The translations under genes and the position numbers were made by a program. Below are positions 57,088 through 64,000 of a stretch of DNA of 64,000 nt, piece by piece. The first letter of the stretch is position 1. Every line of letters starts with the position of its first letter. The notes below the pieces were generated by a model. It saw nothing but the letters and a program-made list of their open reading frames with translations. It did no database searches and was not told where the DNA came from. The stretch lies in the NCBI GenBank assembly GCA_938045815.1, contig CALIBI010000008.1, positions 6,934 to 70,933 on the forward strand, written 5' to 3'. Source of the stretch: an uncultured Sulfolobales archaeon (lineage in GTDB: Archaea > Thermoproteota > Thermoprotei_A > Sulfolobales > NBVN01).

Positions 57088-58017
57088 TTACCTAGAAGCC
57101 TCCAGCTGATTGAGTACTTCTTCAACAATATTCAGTGTTTTCAAGTAGCCTCCCTTAAGTAACGTTATTAGTTCTGCGGCTATAGATACAGCTATCTCTT
57201 CAGGAGTATCAGCAGGTATATCGGCTCCTACGGGACCCCTGAATTTCTTCCTTATTACTTCCTCATCTACACCCTCCTGCAACAGCCTCTTAACGAATTC
57301 TGTGATTTTTCTCTTACTTCCTAAAAGCCCTACCAGCTTAACGCCGGTTCTGAGGAGGGTCTTCAGAACTCTATAATCTATCTCAATTTCCCCATGCGTT
57401 ATGAAAGCTATGTCTCCCTCAACAATTAGCTCAGGAAGTTTTTCCTCAATTTGTTCTACCGGTATGTGAACTCTCATAACTGCGTAGGGGAACGAGTCAC
57501 TACTAACTAACTCTGCATTAGGGTCAGCAACTACTATCTTAAATCCTAGGAAGTTTAGGAGATCTCCTAACGGTTTACCGACTCTTCCAGTACCGAATAT
57601 TACGACTCTTTGTGTAGGTTTTAACACGTCTATAAACACCTCTAAAATACCACCACATATGAGACCAGTGTCTACCGCACCCTCTATTGGGCGGCCTGTG
57701 AAAGAATATCTCACGATTCTGGGCTTCCCCTCAGCAAGAGCTTTAAGAGCCTCCTGTACTACGTGTCTCTCAAAGAAACCACCACCTAGGGTTCCGTAGA
57801 CTTCCCCACTCTCACAAACTAATATCTTAGACCCCACATCCCTAGGACCAGAACCCTCCTTTCTAACCACTACCGCGGCAGCAACCTTATTGCCCTTACT
57901 CAACTTCTCTTTAGCAAAATGAATAAACTCCTCATCAGTTAGGTTCTTAGGCAAACCCACGCTGCTCACCAACCAAAAATTACTACTAGAACTAGAATTA
58001 ATAAACTTCTTTAACAT
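57088..58017 (-). CDS. XdhC/CoxI-family Mo-cofactor insertion chaperone
   Basis: AAAVVVRKEGSGPRDVGSKILV (XdhC N-domain) and a Rossmann-like VVIFGTGRVGKPL. The true start may be an internal GTG near 57966. Confidence 0.8.
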   Translation of the reverse strand: MLKKFINSSSSSNFWLVSSVGLPKNLTDEEFIHFAKEKLSKGNKVAAAVVVRKEGSGPRDVGSKILVCESGEVYGTLGGGFFERHVVQEALKALAEGKPRIVRYSFTGRPIEGAVDTGLICGGILEVFIDVLKPTQRVVIFGTGRVGKPLGDLLNFLGFKIVVADPNAELVSSDSFPYAVMRVHIPVEQIEEKLPELIVEGDIAFITHGEIEIDYRVLKTLLRTGVKLVGLLGSKRKITEFVKRLLQEGVDEEVIRKKFRGPVGADIPADTPEEIAVSIAAELITLLKGGYLKTLNIVEEVLNQLEASR

Positions 58018-58038
58018 CGTTTATGTGGGTGGTGTTAG

Positions 58039-58650
58039 ATATTTACTTCAGCAGTCATATTAGCGGCAGGAAAGTCAACGAGGTTCCCATCAAATAAGCT
58101 ACTATACGAGATTACTGTGGAGGGGGTTAAAGCACCTCTAATAAGACATACTGTAGGTAAGTTCATTGAGTCAGGTGTTTTCAATGAGGTTTTAGTAGTC
58201 TTAGGATTTCAGGGTGATTTAGTTAGGGAGTCTCTCACAGGACTAAACCTAAGATTCGTTATTAACGAAGATTACGAGCTAGGTATGAGTTCCTCAGTAG
58301 TGAGAGGAGTTAAAGCAGTTAGTAGTGAGGCTGATGTAGTGGCTATACATCCTGGCGACGTACCCTACATTAAAGTCTCGACACTACGTGAACTAATAAA
58401 TTACGCGAGAGAATTACTTAAGAAAAGTGACGCATTTGTTGTAGTTCCTAGACTAGCTAGCATCATGAGGACTGGACACCCATTAGTAATTGGGAGAAAA
58501 CTGCTAGTAGGAGTATACCAGATAAGTGAGGAAGAGTTAGGACTTAAGGGGTTCTTAAGAAGAAACACTGATAAGATACATTACTATGACGTAGATGATG
58601 TAGGCATACTGAGAGACGTAGATACTTTAGAAGACCTGAAAAAGGTTTAG
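58039..58650 (+). CDS. MobA/MocA-like molybdenum cofactor nucleotidyltransferase (start codon non-canonical or lost)
   Basis: The track ORF starts at GTG 58117. The family-defining AVILAAGKSTRF loop is encoded in the same frame at 58051-58086, bounded upstream by TAG 58036-58038. ATA 58039 is preceded by GGTGGTG SD. IHPGDVPY lies later in the protein. Confidence 0.65.
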   Translation: MFTSAVILAAGKSTRFPSNKLLYEITVEGVKAPLIRHTVGKFIESGVFNEVLVVLGFQGDLVRESLTGLNLRFVINEDYELGMSSSVVRGVKAVSSEADVVAIHPGDVPYIKVSTLRELINYARELLKKSDAFVVVPRLASIMRTGHPLVIGRKLLVGVYQISEEELGLKGFLRRNTDKIHYYDVDDVGILRDVDTLEDLKKV

Positions 58651-59537
58651 GTACTCAGCTTAAGTAGTAAAGACCAGTTCTCATCAACTTGCTTCTCAAG
58701 CTCTTTCAGTATCTCATCCGTGAGGTTCCTGAAACGACCCTGTATACTTAAGTACTCTCTTATGGGTTTCCTCCTACTTTTATCTATGAACGGCTTGCTA
58801 GGCGGGCTTATCGTGACTTTACCTCCCTCAGCATCGAAAAGAATCCACATCCCAGTCTCAACAGCTAATCTTGCTATGGAGGCTGTGAGTGCTGGGTCAA
58901 ATCTCCATCCGACCGGACATGGCGCGTGGAGATGTATGTATTTGAATCCTTTAATCGTGGAGGCTTTCCTAAGTTTCTCAATGAAGTCTGTCGGGTATGC
59001 TACGCTAGCTGTAGCTACGTAAGGTATTCTGTGCATCAGCATTATTAGAGGGACGTCCTTCTTCCTCTCCTTCTTACCCGACAACGTAGTTGTTGTCCAC
59101 GCTCCTAAAGGCGTTTGAGAAGATCTCTGAATCCCTGTATTCATGTAAGCCTCATTATCAACACATATGTGTATTATGTCGTCGTTCCTCTCAGCAGCAC
59201 CAGAGAGTGTTGCGAAACCTATATCAGCAGTACCTCCATCACCAGCCCAAACCACTACAGTCGCGTCCTCCCCTAAAACCTTCTTAGCTGAACTAAGACC
59301 AGCAGCTACAGAGTCAGAAGAAGCGAAAGGCACGTTAAGTATGGGGAAGTTGAGTCCTGAGCCAGGAGCTAGTCCCTGAATAACTGCTGTGCACCCAGCC
59401 GGAACTACTAAGATAGCCTTGCTACCCAAAGCCATCCCAACAAATCTTAAACCCATGTTTTCAGGGCATCCTGGGCAGGCAGCATTACCGGGAAGCACGT
59501 ATTTCTCTTTAGGCAAGTCCTTAATACTTATTGGCAT
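58647..59537 (-). CDS. porB: 2-oxoacid (pyruvate/2-ketoisovalerate):ferredoxin oxidoreductase beta subunit
   Basis: CPGCPE, and the TPP-binding GDGGTADIG...NEAYMNTG. Confidence 0.9.
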   Translation of the reverse strand: MPISIKDLPKEKYVLPGNAACPGCPENMGLRFVGMALGSKAILVVPAGCTAVIQGLAPGSGLNFPILNVPFASSDSVAAGLSSAKKVLGEDATVVVWAGDGGTADIGFATLSGAAERNDDIIHICVDNEAYMNTGIQRSSQTPLGAWTTTTLSGKKERKKDVPLIMLMHRIPYVATASVAYPTDFIEKLRKASTIKGFKYIHLHAPCPVGWRFDPALTASIARLAVETGMWILFDAEGGKVTISPPSKPFIDKSRRKPIREYLSIQGRFRNLTDEILKELEKQVDENWSLLLKLST

Positions 59538-59539
59538 CC

Positions 59540-60724
59540 TTACTCACCCCCATAAAACCATAAAACATTTTGCTTGAAAGCCCCCAACTCCTCTACCTCA
59601 CTTATTGAGGTCAACATAACGTTAGCTAGGTCCTCATGTGTTACGTCAACACCTGCGAGACCTGCTATGACTCCCCTAACGGGGGTTCTAACACCTGCTG
59701 AAGCCAGTGAAGCAAGCACCTCAATAAATACAGGACCTCCAACACTAGGCGATATAGATCTATCGAAGACTACAGCGCTTGCAGCATTATTAAGCCACTT
59801 AATAATATCTTCGCTTGGGAAAGGCCTGAAATACCTAACCTTAATTAAGCCTACCCTCAGACCAAACCTGTCTCTCAAGTAGTCTACGGCTTCCTTCATG
59901 TCTCCCACCCAAGCACCGACACCTATCATGAAGTGCTTCGCGTCTTCACACCTGTAACACTCGGTTAAACCTCCATGTCTCCTACCCACTATTTTCTCCC
60001 AGAGATGATCTGCTTCTTCAATAACTTTCTTAGCTCTCTCCATAGCTTTATGAACGTCTTCTCTCATCCTCATATTCCACTTAAGATCTCTCGGTATGTT
60101 GCCTAACACGAGAGGATTTCCAGCTCTAAAGACGTATGGTTGTTCTCTAGGTGGTAAGAAAGCGTCTACTAGGCTCTGGTCAGGGACATCAACTGGCTCA
60201 GTAGTATGGCTAAGTATGAAGGCATCTAACGCAACTATGCCAGGAAGATAAACTCTCTTATCCTCTGTTATTCTGAAGAGTTTTATTGTTTCATCAAGTG
60301 CTTCCTGGTTATTCTCGACAAAAGTGATTAACCACCCAGTATCTCTATGATCCATCACGTCTGAGTGATCAGTCCATATATTCCACGGAGGCCCTATAGT
60401 TCTAGAAACCACGGCCATGACTATGGGTATTCTGGCGCCGGCAACCCACCACAGCATCTCATGCATGTAGAGTAGTCCGTGAGAAGAGGTTGCTGTGAAG
60501 CTTCTCACACCACCTGAAGCAGCACCGTATACTGCTGCCAGAGCTGAGTGCTCTGACTCAACCCTAATCATATCAGCCTCAAGCTCTCCTAACTCAATCA
60601 TCTCAGACAGCTTTTCTACTATGGTGGTTTGCGGAGTTATTGGGTAAGCGGAGATGACCTTAACTCTAGCGAGTTTAACCGCGGTAGCTATCGCGTAATT
60701 CCCTGTGAGTGTTTTGAGCGCCAT
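59540..60724 (-). CDS. porA: 2-oxoacid:ferredoxin oxidoreductase alpha subunit
   Basis: TGNYAIA..AYPITPQT, ESEHSA, TATSSHGLLYMHE. Confidence 0.9.
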   Translation of the reverse strand: MALKTLTGNYAIATAVKLARVKVISAYPITPQTTIVEKLSEMIELGELEADMIRVESEHSALAAVYGAASGGVRSFTATSSHGLLYMHEMLWWVAGARIPIVMAVVSRTIGPPWNIWTDHSDVMDHRDTGWLITFVENNQEALDETIKLFRITEDKRVYLPGIVALDAFILSHTTEPVDVPDQSLVDAFLPPREQPYVFRAGNPLVLGNIPRDLKWNMRMREDVHKAMERAKKVIEEADHLWEKIVGRRHGGLTECYRCEDAKHFMIGVGAWVGDMKEAVDYLRDRFGLRVGLIKVRYFRPFPSEDIIKWLNNAASAVVFDRSISPSVGGPVFIEVLASLASAGVRTPVRGVIAGLAGVDVTHEDLANVMLTSISEVEELGAFKQNVLWFYGGE

Positions 60725-60728
60725 GTCC

Positions 60729-61010
60729 TCATCCCTCCGGAGACATCGTTATAGCCTTGGTTGGGCAGACACTAGAACATATCCCGCATCCTTTGCAGTA
60801 ATCGTAGTTTATAGTTATGAAGCTGGCAGCATCTTCGTTCAAATCAATTACTGAGTCGGGGCAGTAGAGCCAGCATAGCCTACACTTAATACACTTGCTT
60901 GAGTCGTATGTTGGTTTCTGTAATCTCCAAGTACCTGTTCGTCCAGATACACCAATTATCGGCTTAGCTAGAGGTAAAACTAACTCATCACTCAACGCAA
61001 ACCACCTCAT
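60729..61010 (-). CDS. porD: 2-oxoacid:ferredoxin oxidoreductase delta subunit (2x[4Fe-4S])
   Basis: CIKCRLCWLYCP and CKGCGICSSVCP. Confidence 0.9.
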   Translation of the reverse strand: MRWFALSDELVLPLAKPIIGVSGRTGTWRLQKPTYDSSKCIKCRLCWLYCPDSVIDLNEDAASFITINYDYCKGCGICSSVCPTKAITMSPEG

Positions 61011-61548
61011 TGTAGGCTTCTCTAGCCGCGATAGCGTTTAGCTCCCCGATCTTCCCTTCCATTCTTTCTCTAATCGAATTTTCAACCGCTTCAATCGGTA
61101 CCTCGAGAATTCTAGCTAGAGCACCAACTATGGGCATGTTAACTAGAGCCCAGCCAGACAACATTAAGTTGTGTCTTAAAGCAATCTTCACAGCATCGAC
61201 GTAACATGTTTTAAATCCTTTCTTAATATCGAGTTTTTCAGGAGAATTGATGAGTATTACTCCGCCAGGCTTAAGCCCCTCCAACACATTGACTAACTCA
61301 CTGAGCTTAGAATCCAAGACCACCACAACCGAAGGACTCTTAATAGAGGATCTCGTTCTTATAGGTTTCTTAGAAACTCTAGCGTAAGCTACTACGGGTG
61401 CTCCCCTCCTCTCAGCACCGAAGAAAGGTATGGCCTGCCCGTAAAGACCTGCCTTAAGAAGAGCATCAACGAGAACGTTAGCTGCAGTCACAACTCCTTG
61501 ACCGCCTCTACCATGAAATCTTATTTCCACGACCTCGTCGTAAACCAA
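60988..61548 (-). CDS. porG: 2-oxoacid:ferredoxin oxidoreductase gamma subunit
   Basis: IRFHGRGGQGVVTA, FGAERRGAP. First gene of the gamma-delta-alpha-beta order. Confidence 0.9.
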   Translation of the reverse strand: MVYDEVVEIRFHGRGGQGVVTAANVLVDALLKAGLYGQAIPFFGAERRGAPVVAYARVSKKPIRTRSSIKSPSVVVVLDSKLSELVNVLEGLKPGGVILINSPEKLDIKKGFKTCYVDAVKIALRHNLMLSGWALVNMPIVGALARILEVPIEAVENSIRERMEGKIGELNAIAAREAYNEVVCVE

Positions 61549-61745
61549 GAAACCACCCCCACCAAATAAGGTCGGTATTGGAAGAAAATAAATTGAAGGT
61601 AGTACTATAAATTTATAGATTTAAAACACAGGACTGTATGGAAACACAACCTCACGCGACACACGTTAAATAATAGGTGACGCTACGTGGGACTTGATTC
61701 TCAACTTCATTAAGCTTAATATCCTGAAAACAAAAGTAATTTAGA

Positions 61746-61824
61746 GCGGCGGTCGTCTAGCCTGGTCTAGGACGCCGGCCTCCCAAGCCGGAGATCCCGG
61801 GTTCGAATCCCGGCCGCCGCACCA
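61746..61824 (+). tRNA. tRNA-Gly (anticodon CCC), CCA encoded
   Basis: Acceptor GCGGCGG/CCGCCGC, anticodon arm CCGGC-CTCCCAA-GCCGG, T arm CCGGG-TTCGAAT-CCCGG. A T-rich tract (TTCTTTTTCGTTTT) follows. Confidence 0.95.
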
Positions 61825-61904
61825 ACAACACGGGTCCCAATTCTTTTTCGTTTTAACAACTTATTCCCTGATGAGAAATTATTCGTGATATTGGTGTTGT
61901 GGCA

Positions 61905-61969
61905 AATCACTATAGAAACGTGATTAAGGGACCGAATACTATGTGTGGGATCTAATTAATCACGTGATT
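61905..61969. repeat. AATCAC/GTGATT inverted-repeat pair
   Basis: AATCAC-N9-GTGATT at 61905-61925 and the perfect 12-bp palindrome AATCACGTGATT at 61958-61969. An extra GTGATA half-site is at 61885-61890. Confidence 0.7.
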
Positions 61970-62097
61970 TTCTCCAACTCTCCTAAGGTGTCACCGGCTA
62001 AGTATATAGAGCAAACAATGACTATTCAAAGATTTATGACTTAATTCTAATCACGGCATGAACAACTACTTAAATCTTCAGAAGTTTAGAGACCACA

Positions 62098-63141
62098 CTA
62101 ATTAGTTTGTATTACTTGGTTTACGTTCAGGTTCAGGACGATCTCAGCGATGTCACTCGCGTATTCAGCCGTTCTTCGAATACTCTCCAATATCATTCTC
62201 ATGTTCGGGATGTCGGCTTGCTTGGTTTTAGATTGAATTTCTTTTATTGCTTCACTCTCAAGGATTTGTATTGTTTTTGCTTTTGAGAGTACTTGCTCAG
62301 CTAGCATATAGTCTCTTTTGAAGAGTGATTTTACAGCTTCCTCGAATGCTGTTTTTGCGAAGATGCTTGCTTCAAAGATTTTTCGGAAGACCTCCTCGCT
62401 TGGTTCTTCCTGCATCAATAAAACTTGCTCAGCGATTTTTGCTGCATGATCTGCTATTCTCTCAACAAACTTCACGATCACTCTATATCCTAAACAGTCT
62501 CGCGTACTGGAGAGCCCGATATCCTTAAGGATTTTCTCATTTTGGACAGCGGCTTTCAGTTGTCGTACTATATAGAGACTAAAGCGGTCAACCTCGTCGT
62601 CGAGTTGAACCACTTCTCTAGCAATTTCTTTGTCTAGTTTTCTCAGTGCTTGTATTGCGTCATCATGCATTGAGACCGTTATGAGGCACATGCGTTTTAG
62701 AGCTTTCTCAACAGATAGTTCCGGGTAACTCAGCAGTACTTGCAACCTAATTTCGTTTGATGATTCCGATATGATTTCTGTCCCCACGAGCTTTCTTCTC
62801 ACTAATTCTTTTATGGAGTTTCTCTGAAGAGTACTTATACGCTCGTCTTTAGTCCTTACAACAACGGAGCTATATCCTACCAAGTACGAAGAAATTATTT
62901 TTCTCACTACTGTGTCAGGATTATCCGTGTTTGAGATTATTATCGTGGCTTCGATCGGAGGCGATGGTTTAGCCATATCTTTCGGAGTTATAATTAACGA
63001 GTTATTCTGCCTAGACACTATTACTTGACTCCCTGCTTTCAGTCCTAACTCAATCACCCAATTCTTCGGGAGCGAAACTATGTAGGTAGATTTTCCAGTG
63101 AACTGAATCTTTCTTACCTCTTCGTTTGGGTGTTCTCTCAT
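62098..63141 (-). CDS. phoU: phosphate-uptake regulator: AbrB/SpoVT-like DNA-binding domain fused to two PhoU repeats
   Basis: KIQFTGKSTYIVSLPKNWVIELGLKAGSQV (swapped-hairpin AbrB-like), then two PhoU-type helical repeats (ERIADHAAKIAE, RRTAEYASDIAE). The start is either ATG 63141 or GTG 63171. Confidence 0.8.
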   Translation of the reverse strand: MREHPNEEVRKIQFTGKSTYIVSLPKNWVIELGLKAGSQVIVSRQNNSLIITPKDMAKPSPPIEATIIISNTDNPDTVVRKIISSYLVGYSSVVVRTKDERISTLQRNSIKELVRRKLVGTEIISESSNEIRLQVLLSYPELSVEKALKRMCLITVSMHDDAIQALRKLDKEIAREVVQLDDEVDRFSLYIVRQLKAAVQNEKILKDIGLSSTRDCLGYRVIVKFVERIADHAAKIAEQVLLMQEEPSEEVFRKIFEASIFAKTAFEEAVKSLFKRDYMLAEQVLSKAKTIQILESEAIKEIQSKTKQADIPNMRMILESIRRTAEYASDIAEIVLNLNVNQVIQTN

Positions 63142-63190
63142 GTTTAAACCTCTATATAGTTTTTTCCTCACTATATTGTTTATTAGGGAA

Positions 63191-63205
63191 AGATATATAA
63201 ATTTT
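63191..63205 (+). promoter_or_regulatory. TATA box for pstS
   Basis: AGATATATAAATTTT is centred about 37 nt upstream of the TTG start at 63234. A G-rich SD (GGGGG) lies between them. Confidence 0.55.
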
Positions 63206-63233
63206 TCTGTATCTATATTCAGCGGGGGAACAC

Positions 63234-64000
63234 TTGAAGACCGTGTATGTGATTGTCGTGGCGGTGATCGCGGTCGCTATGATCACACTAGGTTTGCTCG
63301 CTTATCAGCAAGCGTCACCTACGCGGACGGTAACGTTGAATGGAGCTGGTGCAACGTTTCCATTCCCGCTCATCGATAAGTGGGCAGCTGAATACCATAA
63401 GATTAAACCAAACGTTAAGGTTAATTACCAATCAATTGGGAGTGGTGGAGGTATCCAGCAACATATCGAGAAGACCGTGTTCTTTGCTGCTAGCGATGCG
63501 CCACTCACAGAAGCTCAAGCAGCGAAAGCCCCCAACACTCTACACATACCTATAACTATAGGTGGGGTTGTCCCCATATACAACATCCCAGGCATACAGA
63601 AAGGACTGAAGTTTACTGGTGAAATACTAGCAGACATCTACCTTGGAAAAATCACGAAATGGAATGATCCCAGACTCGCTGCAATAAATCCTGGCGTTGA
63701 TCTTCCAGACAAGGAAATAGTCGTAGTACACAGATCTGACGGGAGTGGAACAACCTTCGTTTGGACAAGCTATCTATCATGCGTTAGCCAAGAATGGAGA
63801 GAAAAAGTCGGGAGAGGAACCTCAGTAAACTGGCCCATCGGTCTTGGAGCAAAAGGAAATGAAGGGGTTGCTGCTACTGTCCAGCAGACTCCCTATTCAA
63901 TTGGATACGTGGAATTCACGTATGCGAAGAAAAACAACTTGACATACGGCTACGTACAAAATGCCGCAGGCGAGTTTATAGAACCAAGCATAGAATCTTT
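63234..64000 (+). CDS. pstS: phosphate ABC transporter substrate-binding protein PstS (3' end beyond window)
   Basis: Not in the ORF track because there is no stop before the window end. Hand translation gives MKTVYVIVVAVIAVAMITLGLL (signal/anchor), then LNGAGATFPFPLIDKWAAEY, YQSIGSGGGI, FAASDAPL, VHRSDGSGTTFVWT, GNEGVAATV. Confidence 0.9.
   Translation, partial: MKTVYVIVVAVIAVAMITLGLLAYQQASPTRTVTLNGAGATFPFPLIDKWAAEYHKIKPNVKVNYQSIGSGGGIQQHIEKTVFFAASDAPLTEAQAAKAPNTLHIPITIGGVVPIYNIPGIQKGLKFTGEILADIYLGKITKWNDPRLAAINPGVDLPDKEIVVVHRSDGSGTTFVWTSYLSCVSQEWREKVGRGTSVNWPIGLGAKGNEGVAATVQQTPYSIGYVEFTYAKKNNLTYGYVQNAAGEFIEPSIES

Noticed and set aside
61870-61925. CUGAUGA ... UAGA arrangement resembling a C/D sRNA after tRNA-Gly
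   Set aside because: The C box has C at the R position and the putative D box is UAGA. The inverted-repeat interpretation fits better.
63140-63555. Track ORFs 63140..63379 and 63340..63555
   Set aside because: They are out-of-frame readings of the phoU-pstS spacer and of pstS. The true pstS frame is open from 63234 to the window end and has clear PstS motifs.
1-64000. CRISPR arrays, integrases/transposases or tRNA-flanked integrated elements
   Set aside because: By eye I found no regularly spaced direct repeats, no integrase/transposase-like ORF, and no duplicated tRNA 3' halves next to the three tRNA genes. A computational repeat search would be needed to be definitive.

Overview
Dense chromosomal window, coding on both strands, from a hyperthermophilic crenarchaeon. 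The gene content looks Desulfurococcales-like: cdvABC division operon, Alba2, tungsten AOR, 4-subunit 2-oxoacid:ferredoxin oxidoreductase, protein disulfide oxidoreductase, mannosylglycerate genes, GGTG-type Shine-Dalgarno sites and A/T-rich TATA boxes. The lineage guess is inference only. I call about 70 protein genes, 3 tRNAs (one with an intron), one intein, one decayed transporter pseudogene and one candidate C/D box sRNA. Most of the window is core metabolism and information processing. This includes L40e, uS19, aSUI1, TFB, ABCE1, an Sm protein, enolase, class II RNR, XPB, AGOG, TiaS and Tsr3. It also includes metal homeostasis genes (FeoB, ZIP, CDF, ferritin, an encapsulin fused to a ferritin-like domain), a Mo-hydroxylase cluster with XdhC/MocA maturation genes, and phoU-pstS. 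I saw no CRISPR array, integrase or transposase. The least explained signal is an 840-nt gap free of credible ORFs (46153-46991). It contains an 82-nt G-free tract which, on the minus strand, is a compact micro-gene: TATA box, GGTG SD, ATG, 28 codons that are Glu and Trp except for the initiator Met, one Phe and one Gly, stop, then T5. Secondary points: two genes whose conserved N-terminal motifs lie upstream of any ATG/GTG/TTG, several catalytically degenerate paralogues (TtuA/Ncs6-like without a PP-loop, amidohydrolase without HxH, half-dead KaiC-like ATPase, TFB with a 2-Cys ribbon), and a TFS/Rpb9-like N-terminal zinc ribbon lacking the catalytic C-ribbon. All family assignments come from reading motifs by eye; no database search was run.
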